This document shows, one piece after another, positions 37,287 to 46,956 of a stretch of DNA of 64,000 bases (within the stretch, counting starts at the first letter, position 1; every line of letters starts with the position of its first letter). Below the pieces are notes generated by a model. That model ran no database searches, had not been told where the DNA came from, and saw nothing but the letters and a program-made list of their open reading frames with translations. A program made the translations under genes and the position numbers. Where the stretch lies: contig OY760074.1 in NCBI GenBank assembly GCA_963663035.1, forward strand, positions 1,728,001 to 1,792,000, in the 5' to 3' direction. Source of the DNA: Acidobacteriota bacterium. GTDB taxonomy: Bacteria; Acidobacteriota; UBA6911; RPQK01; JADFOI01.

Positions 37287-38285
37287 TCAGTTGTCAACTT
37301 CTCTTTCTCCCTCTACGCGCGAAGTGCGCTTTCGGTGCCAGAGCCAAGCGGTGTCAATGATAGTGCGAAGGTCGGGATATTCAGGCACCCAACCCAGTTC
37401 GCTTCGGATCCGTGCTGAGCTAGCTGTTAGGCGAGCAGGATCGCCAGAACGCCGTGCAGCGGAGAGAGCAGGCAGCGGATGGCCTGTCACCTGCCGTGCC
37501 GTCTCAATGACTTGAAAGTTAGAATACCCATTACCGTTGCCCAGGTTGTAAACACGGGCCTTGTGGTTATCGAGGTGTTCCAAGGCAAGAACATGGGCCT
37601 TGGCGAGATCCACCACATGGATGTAATCCCGGATGCAGGTGCCATCTGGGGTGTCATAATCGGTACCATATACTTGGACTTCCTCCCTGCGGCCCAAAGC
37701 CACTTCCAAAACGACAGGGATCAAGTGGGTTTCCGGCTCATGGGCCTCACCGAATCTTTCCGAAGCACCCGCAGCATTAAAATAACGTAGAGAAATGTAC
37801 TGCAAACCGTAGGCCCGATGGTACCAGTCCAGAATACGCTCGAACATGAGCTTTGACTCTCCGTAGGAGTTAATCGGTCTCAGGAGTGCATCCTCGCTAA
37901 CCGGGACTTCGCTTGGCTCACCATAGACAGCGGCCGTCGAGGAAAAGATGATGCGCTGGACCCGATGAGAAAGCATTGCATCTAACAAGTTCATGCCCCC
38001 TCGAACGTTTGTGGAAAAGAAGCGGCGGGGGTTGCTCATGGATACGGAAACGAGTGCCTCAGCAGCCATATGGACTACAGCATCTAAAGAGTGCTCGCGA
38101 AAGACCTGATTCAGGGCCTCTTGGTCAGCCAGGTCAGCCTGAACGAACTCGGCCCCGGGATGAACAGCCTCTCGGTGGCCTGCCTGGAGGTTGTCAAAGG
38201 CGACGACTGAATGGCCTTGATCCATGAGTACTTCGGTCACAATGCTACCGATATACCCAGCTGCACCAGTCACCAGAATGTGCAT
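37287..38285 (-). CDS. galE: UDP-glucose 4-epimerase
   Basis: VTGAAGYIGS, FSSTAAVYG, YGESK, LRYFNAAGA, DGTCIRDYIHV. Confidence 0.95.
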   Translation of the reverse strand: MHILVTGAAGYIGSIVTEVLMDQGHSVVAFDNLQAGHREAVHPGAEFVQADLADQEALNQVFREHSLDAVVHMAAEALVSVSMSNPRRFFSTNVRGGMNLLDAMLSHRVQRIIFSSTAAVYGEPSEVPVSEDALLRPINSYGESKLMFERILDWYHRAYGLQYISLRYFNAAGASERFGEAHEPETHLIPVVLEVALGRREEVQVYGTDYDTPDGTCIRDYIHVVDLAKAHVLALEHLDNHKARVYNLGNGNGYSNFQVIETARQVTGHPLPALSAARRSGDPARLTASSARIRSELGWVPEYPDLRTIIDTAWLWHRKRTSRVEGEREVDN

Positions 38286-38502
38286 CAAGACACCTTCTCG
38301 CCTTCCAAAGTTCTCTACTATCTTACCAGGAAGGTTCCAAGGTCCAACTCTGATCAGCTTAGCGCGCTCCGCGCGCGTTCCAGATGTTAAGGATCTTCTG
38401 ACTTCTGGATTCTGACCCCGGCTCTGGTCTGCTGGGCGACGGAGGGGTTTGTTATACTCAACTCCGCCGATGGGGCTGGTTGAGACTGGAAACGGTTACG
38501 AC

Positions 38503-38856
38503 ATGGATCGCTACTTTGGATTTATTGTGCTGGTGTCCTTTGCAGCGATTACCGCTGGTGCCATGCTTGCCATCAGCCAGTGGTTGGGGCCGCGCCGACA
38601 CAGTCGTATCCATGACATGCCATTCGAATGCGGAGTCGAGCCCAGGCAAATCATGCGCGGCCGTTTTTCCGTCAAGTTCTTCATCGTGGCACTTCTCTTC
38701 GTCCTTTTCGACATCGAACTGATTTTTCTTTTCGCCTGGGCCGTCATTTACAAGGAGCTGGGATTGTTTGGTTTCACGGAGATGCTGATTTTCCTCCTTG
38801 TCGTTCTCTCAGGGCTGTTCTATTCCGTTAAAAGCGGAGTTTTTCAATGGAAGTAG
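38503..38856 (+). CDS. nuoA: NADH-quinone oxidoreductase subunit A
   Basis: PFECG, FSVKFFIVALLFVLFDIE. Confidence 0.95.
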   Translation: MDRYFGFIVLVSFAAITAGAMLAISQWLGPRRHSRIHDMPFECGVEPRQIMRGRFSVKFFIVALLFVLFDIELIFLFAWAVIYKELGLFGFTEMLIFLLVVLSGLFYSVKSGVFQWK

Positions 38857-39326
38857 ATCTCAAAGGAAGCCCACAGACGGGATTCTTCACCAGCCGGCTG
38901 GACAAGATGCTGGGATGGGCCCGAAAGTACTCGATTTTCCAGTATCCCTTCGTCACCGCCTGCTGTGGGATGGAGTACATGGCCACAGCCTCTGCTCACT
39001 ATGACATTGACCGGTTTGGCGCCGGGCTTCCCCGCTTCTCCCCCCGTCAAGCGGACGTGCTGTTCGTGGTGGGAACGATTAGCCAAAAACTGGCTCCGGT
39101 GCTGGTGCAAATCTACCAGCAGATGTGCGCTCCAAAGTGGGTAGTGGCCTTTGGTGTTTGCACCTGTACCGGGGGTTTCTACGATAACTATGCCACCGTG
39201 AGAGGAATCGATCACATCGTCCCGGTGGACATCTACATCCCGGGCTGTCCCCCCCGTCCGGAGACGGTCCTGGAGGGGTTAATGCTCTTGCAGAAAAAAA
39301 TTCAGAATCAGAAACAGGAAATCTGA
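38847..39326 (+). CDS. nuoB: NADH-quinone oxidoreductase subunit B
   Basis: TACCGME, SPRQAD, VDIYIPGCPPRPE. Confidence 0.96.
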   Translation: MEVDLKGSPQTGFFTSRLDKMLGWARKYSIFQYPFVTACCGMEYMATASAHYDIDRFGAGLPRFSPRQADVLFVVGTISQKLAPVLVQIYQQMCAPKWVVAFGVCTCTGGFYDNYATVRGIDHIVPVDIYIPGCPPRPETVLEGLMLLQKKIQNQKQEI

Positions 39327-39368
39327 TGACCCATCGACCCGTCGGAACCCAAGGTTATTTCTAGATAA

Positions 39369-39851
39369 ATGGACTTAAGTATAACAATACAAAGGATAAA
39401 AAAAACACTCGATGAGGCCGTCATTGAGGTCCATTCCCAACTGAGTCAGGACACGGTCATCATTGCTCAATCAGGACTCCTGGAAGTGGCCAGGTTATTG
39501 AAGGATGATCCCCAGCTCGAGTACAACTACCTCATGGACCTCACGGCAGTCGACTACTGGAAGCGTAAGCCTCGATTTGAGGTGGTGTACCACTTCCTGT
39601 CGCTCAAGAACAACTTTCGGATTCGCGTCAAGGTTCCCGTCCCTGAGCCTGATCCCACGGTGGACAGCCTGACCTCACTCTGGTCAGCAGCCAACTGGTA
39701 TGAGCGTGAAGTGTACGACATGTTTGGCATCCAATTTGTGGGCCATCCTGACCTGCGGAGAATCTTAATGTATCCAGAGTTTGAGGGTCATCCACTACGA
39801 AAGGACTACCCCATTGAAAAGCGGCAGCCTCTGATCGGGCCCAAAGTCTAG
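39369..39851 (+). CDS. nuoC: NADH-quinone oxidoreductase subunit C
   Basis: ANWYEREVYDMFGI, GHPLRKDYP. Confidence 0.96.
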   Translation: MDLSITIQRIKKTLDEAVIEVHSQLSQDTVIIAQSGLLEVARLLKDDPQLEYNYLMDLTAVDYWKRKPRFEVVYHFLSLKNNFRIRVKVPVPEPDPTVDSLTSLWSAANWYEREVYDMFGIQFVGHPDLRRILMYPEFEGHPLRKDYPIEKRQPLIGPKV

Positions 39852-39934
39852 TTTCTAACTCTGATCACACCGCGATCTGTACGGATCACAAGGATATCGT
39901 CATCACAGAGACCACAGAGCTCAAAACAAAAACC

Positions 39935-41239
39935 ATGCTGCTCAATGTCGGGCCCGCACACCCGGCAATGCATGGAGTCATACAGATCCAGGTGGAACTG
40001 GATGGGGAGATCCTACGCAAGGCGGACATTGAAATCGGCTATCTCCACCGTGCCTTTGAGAAGCACTGCGAGGCCGCCACCTATACCCAGTGCTTTCCCT
40101 TTACCGATCGACTCAACTACGTCTCTCCTCTCATCTCCAACTTTGGCTTCGCCGCGGCTGTCGAAACTCTGATGGACTTGCAGGTACCCGAACGGTGTCA
40201 CTATATTCGGGTCATCCTGAGCGAGATCTCTCGCATCACCGACCATCTCACCTGCATCGGCGCATCAGCCATGGAGCTGGGTGCCGTCTCGGTCTTCCTC
40301 TACATGATGAAGGCACGGGAGTGGCTCTACGAACTCATCGAAAGCGTTACCGGCGCCCGTCTGACCGTTTCCTATGGTCGTATTGGAGGGGTGAAGGCTG
40401 ATCTGCCAGAAGGATTCGAAGAAAGATGCCGGGCCCAGCTGAAAAAGACGCGTGAAGTACTCAAAGAGGTCGACGAGCTCCTGACCCGAAACCGGATTTT
40501 CTATGATCGCATGCGCGGAATTGGTGTCATCTCCCAAGAGGAGGCGATCTCATACGGTATTACGGGACCCTTTTTGCGCTCTACCGGCGTTGCCTACGAT
40601 GTACGAAAGGCGTTTCCCTACTCCCTCTACGAACGGTTTGAATTTGATGTCCCCATCGGAGAGCACGGCGACAACTACGACCGATACCTGGTGCGCATGG
40701 AGGAGATGCAGCAGGCCATTCAGATTATTGAACAAGCACTCGATACTCTTCCCAGCGGGCCCACCAATGTCGATCCTGAGGGCAAGGTCATTGAAGCGGA
40801 TCTGATGGCAGACCTGGGCAAATTTGGACAGACTTCTGGACTTTTAAAACACGAAGTTCTCATCCAACCGACTCTACAGGGTTCGGAAAAGCGCTATCAC
40901 GACCGGATTTCCGCCCCCACCAAAGAGGCCTGGCTGCCTTCCAAGGAGCAGGTCTATTCCAACATTGAAGCATTAATGCATCACTTCAAGATCATCATGC
41001 TGGGACACGGGCTTCAGCCCCCTCCAGGAGAGGTCTATTTCCCAGTAGAGGGAGCCAACGGAGAGCTGGGCTTTTACATTGTCAGCGACGGAACCGATCG
41101 GCCCTGGCGAGTACGATGCCACCCACCCTGTTTTCCTATAGTGGGCGCATTGGGCCAAATTCTGGTGGGTGACCAGATGGCGGACATCGTGGCGACCTTC
41201 GGCTCCGTCAATATGGTTGCAGGAGAGTTGGATCGGTGA
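39935..41239 (+). CDS. nuoD: NADH-quinone oxidoreductase subunit D
   Basis: NVGPAHPAMHG, IGYLHR, DRLNY, GELGFY, GELDR. The N-terminus may extend to 39881. Confidence 0.96.
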   Translation: MLLNVGPAHPAMHGVIQIQVELDGEILRKADIEIGYLHRAFEKHCEAATYTQCFPFTDRLNYVSPLISNFGFAAAVETLMDLQVPERCHYIRVILSEISRITDHLTCIGASAMELGAVSVFLYMMKAREWLYELIESVTGARLTVSYGRIGGVKADLPEGFEERCRAQLKKTREVLKEVDELLTRNRIFYDRMRGIGVISQEEAISYGITGPFLRSTGVAYDVRKAFPYSLYERFEFDVPIGEHGDNYDRYLVRMEEMQQAIQIIEQALDTLPSGPTNVDPEGKVIEADLMADLGKFGQTSGLLKHEVLIQPTLQGSEKRYHDRISAPTKEAWLPSKEQVYSNIEALMHHFKIIMLGHGLQPPPGEVYFPVEGANGELGFYIVSDGTDRPWRVRCHPPCFPIVGALGQILVGDQMADIVATFGSVNMVAGELDR

Positions 41240-41802
41240 GTTCCAGCTTTGAGTTCACGGCGGAGAACCAGGAGCGATTCCAGCAGATCCTGAGTCGCTA
41301 TCCCCAGAAGCGAGCGGCCATGCTGCCCGCGCTCCACCTGAGCCATGAGCAGCAGGGATACATTTCGCCTGAGGTGGAAGAGTATGTGGCCAAGCTTCTG
41401 GAAGTCCCTCTGGTTGATGTCCACGAGGTGCTCACCTTCTACAGCCTTTACTTCCAGCGACCTATGGGACGCCATCATCTTCGTCTGTGCATGAGCATCA
41501 GCTGTTGGATTCGGGGGTGCGACGAGATGAGAGATCACCTGAGAGCCAAACTGGGTGTTGAGAGTGGCTCCATCACAGAAAACGGCACTTTTAGCTGGGA
41601 GGCGGTTCCGGATTGCTTAGGGGCCTGTGAACTGGCCCCCATGATGCAGCTGGACAAGGACTACCACGGCCCTCTGACCGCGGAGAAGCTGGACGAAATC
41701 CTGGAGGCAACCTCACCGAATCACAGCAGCAGAAATTCGGCACCTGAGGTGCCTCCCACAAGCAAAGGCAGAAATTCGGCGCCTGAGGCACCTCCCACGT
41801 AA
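41236..41802 (+). CDS. nuoE: NADH-quinone oxidoreductase subunit E
   Basis: [2Fe-2S] motifs CMSISC and CLGAC; C-terminal tail made of REP copies. Confidence 0.94.
   Translation: MSSSFEFTAENQERFQQILSRYPQKRAAMLPALHLSHEQQGYISPEVEEYVAKLLEVPLVDVHEVLTFYSLYFQRPMGRHHLRLCMSISCWIRGCDEMRDHLRAKLGVESGSITENGTFSWEAVPDCLGACELAPMMQLDKDYHGPLTAEKLDEILEATSPNHSSRNSAPEVPPTSKGRNSAPEAPPT
41733..41798 (-). repeat. Two tandem REP-like elements inside the nuoE 3' end
   Basis: AATTCGGC(A/G)CCTGAGG(T/C)(G/A)CCTCCCAC x2 (read on +). Confidence 0.75.
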
Positions 41803-41805
41803 GCC

Positions 41806-43086
41806 ATGCCCATTGTCAAATTACTCTCCGAACATTTCGGAAACGGCCAGGCCAAGGAGCTGGACTGGTATCGCAAGCAGGGCGGATATGAGGGGGCACG
41901 CAAAGCTCTTATTGAAATGCAGCCTCAGCAAGTCATCGATGAAGTGATCCAATCCGATCTTCGCGGCCTGGGGGGTGCCGGTTTCCCCACGGGCCGAAAA
42001 TGGAACTTTGTCCCTCAGGATACCGGTAAGCCCATCTACCTGACGGCCAACGCGGACGAGTCAGAGCCGGGAACCTTTAAGGACCGCTACATCCTGGAGT
42101 GGGATCCTCACCGCCTTCTGGAGGGAATCATTATCTGTGCTTACGCGGTCGGTATCCATACCGCCTATATTTACATTCGCGGTGAATACGTCCGTCCAGC
42201 CGAGATCTTGCAGGAGGCCATCGATGAAGCTTATAGAGAAGGGGTACTGGGTGAGCGCGTTTTAGGCCAGAAATTTCAACTGGATGTCTACCTCCATCGC
42301 GGTGCTGGCGCTTACATCTGCGGAGAAGAAACCGGATTGCTGGAATCGCTGGAAGGGAAAAAGGGTTGGCCTCGACTCAAACCTCCTTTTCCCGCGGTGG
42401 TGGGTCTTTTTGGATGCCCCACGGTCGTGAATAATGTAGAAACGCTCTCCCACCTCCCCAAGATTCTTCTCAACGGGGCAGCTTGGTTTGCTGACATTGG
42501 TTGTGAACACAATGGAGGAACGCGGCTCTTCGCTCTTTCAGGGAACGTCAACAGACCAGGCGTTTACGAGCTGCCTCTGGGAACTTCGATGCGGGAGCTG
42601 ATCTACGAGCATGGCGGCGGGATCGTGGGTGACAAGGCACTCAAGGCAGTCATACCCGGCGGGGCCTCATCAGCTGTTCTGACTGAGGAGGAGCTCGATG
42701 TGACTCTGGATTTCGACAGTCTGATGAAGGCGGGTTCCATGTTGGGATCAGGCGCTGTGATTGTCATGGATCGAGACGTTTGTATGGTCAAGGCCTCTCA
42801 AAACATCATGCGCTTCTTCTCTCATGAATCTTGCGGGCAGTGCACACCCTGCCGCGAAGGAACCGATTGGGTCTATCGGATCCTGACTCGCATCGTGGAG
42901 GGCAATGGGATCAAGGACGACATTGGTCACCTGACAGAGCTTGGCGAGAACATGACCGGCACAAGCATCTGTCCGCTCTGTGACGGCTCCGTCATGTCCT
43001 TCAGCAGTTACGTGCAGAAGTTCAGGTCAGAATTCGAATACCACATCCATCACAAGCAGTGTGATGTCGAGGCGGGTCAATGCTAA
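41806..43086 (+). CDS. nuoF: NADH-quinone oxidoreductase subunit F
   Basis: GLGGAGFPTG, NADESEPGTFKDR, GAYICGEET, ESCGQCTPCREG. Confidence 0.97.
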   Translation: MPIVKLLSEHFGNGQAKELDWYRKQGGYEGARKALIEMQPQQVIDEVIQSDLRGLGGAGFPTGRKWNFVPQDTGKPIYLTANADESEPGTFKDRYILEWDPHRLLEGIIICAYAVGIHTAYIYIRGEYVRPAEILQEAIDEAYREGVLGERVLGQKFQLDVYLHRGAGAYICGEETGLLESLEGKKGWPRLKPPFPAVVGLFGCPTVVNNVETLSHLPKILLNGAAWFADIGCEHNGGTRLFALSGNVNRPGVYELPLGTSMRELIYEHGGGIVGDKALKAVIPGGASSAVLTEEELDVTLDFDSLMKAGSMLGSGAVIVMDRDVCMVKASQNIMRFFSHESCGQCTPCREGTDWVYRILTRIVEGNGIKDDIGHLTELGENMTGTSICPLCDGSVMSFSSYVQKFRSEFEYHIHHKQCDVEAGQC

Positions 43087-44651
43087 GGATTGAGATCAAC
43101 GGGCAAGTCGCCAACGTGGAAGCTGGATCAACCGTCATCCAGGCAGCGGAGAATCTGGACATCTTCGTTCCCCGTTATTGCTATCACCCGGGACTCTCAA
43201 TAGCCGGCAGCTGCCGGATGTGTCTGGTTGAAATCGAGAGAATGCCCAAGCTGGCCATTTCCTGCCATACCCAAGCCCAGGATGGCATGAAGGTCACCAC
43301 CGATTCTGAAAAAGTCAGGCAAGCCCGCAAATCCATGCTGGAGTTCCTGCTGGTCAATCATCCCCTGGACTGCCCCGTGTGCGACCAGTCCGGAGAGTGT
43401 GACCTTCAGAATTACTACATGGAAATTGGCCAGTACGACAGCCGCTTTTTGGAAAATAAGTTGAAGAAAAGAAAGGCTCTTCCCATCGGACCCCACGTCA
43501 TTCTCGATCAGGAACGGTGCATCTTGTGTACGCGCTGTACACGGTTTTGTGAGGAAGTCTCCAAAAGCAACGAGCTGGGTGTTTTCCATCGCGGCAACCG
43601 CTCGGTCGTCGATCTCGCTCCGCAGAAAACTCTGGACAATCCCTACTCGGGAAATGTGATTGATATCTGCCCGGTAGGAGCCCTGACAGAGAGAGAATTT
43701 CGCTTTCAGTGTCGCGTCTGGTATCTCTCCACACAAGAATCGATCTGTAACGGCTGTGCAAGGGGGTGCAACATCAGCATCCATTACAACACCTCACGCC
43801 CCTACAAAGCCGGTGGAAAGCGCGTTCAACGGCTCAAACCACGTTTCAATCCCTTTGTGAACCGCTGGTGGATCTGCGACGAGGGACGCTTTGGCTACGA
43901 ATTCATCGACCACAATCGAATTGAGTTTCCCTACCTTCGAGTCACCGGTGGCGACCTTGAAGTATCGGACTGGAAGAGGGTCGTCCAGGAGGTTTCGACG
44001 GCTTTGAAGACAACTCTGGAGAAGTTCGGAGCTGAGAGCATAGGCGTGATCGCTTCCCCCCAGCTCTCCAACGAAGAGCTTTACCTCATTCAGAAGCTTT
44101 TCGGTGAACTGATGGGGATTGAGCAGATTGGGTATCAAAATCCCTGGGAGAAAGAGGGTCTTCAAGATGACTTTCTCATGCACGGGGACAAGAACCCCAA
44201 CAGCCGGGGAGCTCAAGAGCTCGGCCTAAAATTCGAGGTGAGAAACATTCTGGAAGGGGCTGCTTCCGGAAAGATCAAAGTCCTCTATATTTTTCAGCAC
44301 AACTTTGAGAGCCGGGAAGCTCAAGAACTGCTGAAAGGAGCGGACTATGTCATCTTTCAAGGGACGAATTGGAACAAGACCGTGGAATTTTCCAACCTGG
44401 TCCTTCCAGGAACCACCCATGCCGAAGAGGATGGAACCTTCACCAACTTCGAAGGTCGGCTCCAACGCTACCAACAGGCATTTCTTCCTCTGGCTGAATC
44501 CAAAGCCGGTGTTGAGATCCTGACTGGGCTGGCTCAGAAACTCGGATATCCATTGCCTTACCTGGGCGCTGAAGATGTCTATATGGAATGGTCTGGATCC
44601 TCCTACGGGGAGCTGGAAGAGTTTGGAAAATTGATTGAAGAGCATCCCTAA
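43080..44651 (+). CDS. nuoG: NADH-quinone oxidoreductase subunit G (short form, 523 aa)
   Basis: CYH..LS.AGSCRMC, HPLDCPVCDQSGEC, CILCTRC, CPVGAL, CNGC..GC...ICD. Confidence 0.93.
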   Translation: MLRIEINGQVANVEAGSTVIQAAENLDIFVPRYCYHPGLSIAGSCRMCLVEIERMPKLAISCHTQAQDGMKVTTDSEKVRQARKSMLEFLLVNHPLDCPVCDQSGECDLQNYYMEIGQYDSRFLENKLKKRKALPIGPHVILDQERCILCTRCTRFCEEVSKSNELGVFHRGNRSVVDLAPQKTLDNPYSGNVIDICPVGALTEREFRFQCRVWYLSTQESICNGCARGCNISIHYNTSRPYKAGGKRVQRLKPRFNPFVNRWWICDEGRFGYEFIDHNRIEFPYLRVTGGDLEVSDWKRVVQEVSTALKTTLEKFGAESIGVIASPQLSNEELYLIQKLFGELMGIEQIGYQNPWEKEGLQDDFLMHGDKNPNSRGAQELGLKFEVRNILEGAASGKIKVLYIFQHNFESREAQELLKGADYVIFQGTNWNKTVEFSNLVLPGTTHAEEDGTFTNFEGRLQRYQQAFLPLAESKAGVEILTGLAQKLGYPLPYLGAEDVYMEWSGSSYGELEEFGKLIEEHP

Positions 44652-44654
44652 CCC

Positions 44655-45731
44655 ATGGACTACTTGATTCAGTTCGTCACAGCTTTCTTTATTTTCAACG
44701 TTGTCATGGGGTTCATGTTCGTCCTCACCTGGATGGAAAGGAAGCAAAGCGCCCTGATGCAAGACCGGATTGGCGCCAACCGGGCTGATATTTTGGGATT
44801 CCGGCTGCTGGGACTTTTCCATCCCATCGCCGACGCCATCAAGCTTCTCACCAAGGAAGACTTTATTCCACCGGGTGGCAACCGCCTCCTGCATACCCTG
44901 GCTCCCTTGATGGCCATGTTTTTTGCCCTCATCAGCTTCGCAGTGATTCCTTTCGGTGGAACCTACCGCTTCGGCGACTATTCGGTTTCCCTGCAAGTCC
45001 TCCCTCTCAATGTTGGTCTGCTCTTTGTCTTCGCCACCATGAGCATGGGTATCTACGGCTTCGTCCTGGCCGGATGGGCCTCAAACAATAACTACGCCCT
45101 CCTGGGAAGTGTGCGGGCCTCGAGCCAGATGATTTCCTACGAAATCACTATGGGTGCCACCATCATTGGCCTCCTAATGATTTATGGGACCTTGAGTCTT
45201 CAGGAAATGGTTCTCGCCCAGGGTGAGCTACTGTGGGGGTGGATCCCCATGTGGGGAATACTCCTGCAGCCGCTGGGTTTCATTCTCTTCGCTACAGCCG
45301 CCATGGCGGAAACAAAGCGGGTCCCTTTTGATATTCCTGAAGGGGAGTCAGAGATCATCGGTTATTTCGTGGAGTACAGCGGCATGAAGTTTGGCATGTT
45401 TTATGCGACAGACTTCATCGAGACAGTTCTGGCAGCCGCATTGATCACTACTCTGTTTTTTGGCGGGTGGCAGGTACCCTTCCTCTACTCAGACGGCTTT
45501 CACCTTCCGTGGAATTGGAGTGTATCGCTCTCTCAGGTCACGGTCATGGGACTGCAAGTGGGCGCCTTTCTGATCAAGTTGAGTTTCTTCTGTTTCTTGA
45601 TGATGCTGATTCGCTGGACACTACCCCGCTTTCGCTGGGATCACTTAATGCGACTGGGATGGACTATCATGCTGCCGCTCTCGATCATCAACATCCTGGT
45701 CACCGCACTAGTCATGCTGTGGATAGGATAG
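44655..45731 (+). CDS. nuoH: NADH-quinone oxidoreductase subunit H
   Basis: ERK...QDRIG, ADAIKLLTKE, SQMISYE, PFDIPEGESE, RWTLPRFR. Confidence 0.96.
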   Translation: MDYLIQFVTAFFIFNVVMGFMFVLTWMERKQSALMQDRIGANRADILGFRLLGLFHPIADAIKLLTKEDFIPPGGNRLLHTLAPLMAMFFALISFAVIPFGGTYRFGDYSVSLQVLPLNVGLLFVFATMSMGIYGFVLAGWASNNNYALLGSVRASSQMISYEITMGATIIGLLMIYGTLSLQEMVLAQGELLWGWIPMWGILLQPLGFILFATAAMAETKRVPFDIPEGESEIIGYFVEYSGMKFGMFYATDFIETVLAAALITTLFFGGWQVPFLYSDGFHLPWNWSVSLSQVTVMGLQVGAFLIKLSFFCFLMMLIRWTLPRFRWDHLMRLGWTIMLPLSIINILVTALVMLWIG

Positions 45732-45744
45732 GAGAATAGGAAAA

Positions 45745-46248
45745 ATGGCAATCAAAAGGATTCACAGAGAGCTCGGATTTTGGGAAAGGACTTACATTCC
45801 GGAAGTCCTCAAAGCGCTTCGCCTCACGGCACGCCATTTCTTTCGAAATCTCCTGGTTCATATCGCTCATCGCTTTGGGCTTGCTCAACATCTGCGGGGA
45901 GGCGTGACCTACCAGTATCCAGAACAACGGCGACCCTTATCATCGCGCCTGAGGACTCTGCATCGCCTGACCCGACGCCAGGATAAGTCTCCCCGTTGTG
46001 TGGCATGCATGATGTGCGAGACGATCTGCCCGGCTCACTGCATCTCCATTGTGGGCGGAGAGCATCCCGATCCTCAGATTGAGAAATACCCGGTGCGCTT
46101 CGACATTGATTTGGGGCTTTGTGTCTTTTGCGGATATTGTGTGGAAGTCTGCCCTGAGGACGCCATTCGAATGGACACCGGCGTTCTGGAATTTTCTTCC
46201 TATAGCCGCGAAGGAATGATCTACGATCTGAAGAAACTACTTCATTGA
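45745..46248 (+). CDS. nuoI: NADH-quinone oxidoreductase subunit I
   Basis: CVACMMCETICP and CVFCGYCVEVCP. Confidence 0.95.
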   Translation: MAIKRIHRELGFWERTYIPEVLKALRLTARHFFRNLLVHIAHRFGLAQHLRGGVTYQYPEQRRPLSSRLRTLHRLTRRQDKSPRCVACMMCETICPAHCISIVGGEHPDPQIEKYPVRFDIDLGLCVFCGYCVEVCPEDAIRMDTGVLEFSSYSREGMIYDLKKLLH

Positions 46249-46863
46249 GAAAACTTCCTGAAAGCTCCGCTGCAAGACGGTTTTCACTTCACTCAGGTCT
46301 ACAGGTCTGCCCGAGGAGTGGCTCAAGGAGGTCATCTGACAGTTCACGATTCCACAGGGGTTGATTCGCTGAAAATAACTGAGATCCGTGCTGACATTCA
46401 GAGCAAAACCATGGGTGGTGATCCAGTGGCGTACACTGATACCGATGGAAGCCAGCTTTCCCGAGCAGGCCCAGACACCGGTCAAACCGGGCCTGACGAA
46501 GGCATTGACACCAAAGTGAGCCACGGTCCGGATCAAACTCTTCTCCAGATTTCTCAAGAAAAGATGGACATTCCTTCCCCGCTCACGCAAATCGAGATGA
46601 GGGTAGACAACCAACTGCCCCGGACCGTGATAAGTCACATCTCCCCCCCGGTTGATTGCAACCAATTCGATGGGACTCCCTTTCCGGTCTTTCCTGGCTA
46701 AGACATTCTCTGCTTTCCCGGTCCGTCCCATGGTGAAAACGTGGGGATGCTCCAGCAAATAGACCGTCTCGGGCTGGCGGCGATGAAGTGTTTCCTGCAG
46801 CGACCTCTCCTGCCTCTGCAAGGCCTCCTGAAGAGAAACCAGACCCAGGTCAATGAATCTCAT
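46237..46863 (-). CDS. lipB: Lipoyl(octanoyl) transferase
   Basis: LEHPHVFT.G, RGGDVTYHGPGQLV.YP, KLASIG, HGFALN, INPCG. Probable ATG at 46863. Confidence 0.95.
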   Translation of the reverse strand: MRFIDLGLVSLQEALQRQERSLQETLHRRQPETVYLLEHPHVFTMGRTGKAENVLARKDRKGSPIELVAINRGGDVTYHGPGQLVVYPHLDLRERGRNVHLFLRNLEKSLIRTVAHFGVNAFVRPGLTGVWACSGKLASIGISVRHWITTHGFALNVSTDLSYFQRINPCGIVNCQMTSLSHSSGRPVDLSEVKTVLQRSFQEVFSMK

Positions 46864-46956
46864 GGCTTTTGATTGTAACCGATCAGAGATTTTCACCCCA
46901 GCCACAGCCATGGTCTTTTGATAGAATGAGGTGGCCATGTCGATGCAGGAGAGGCG

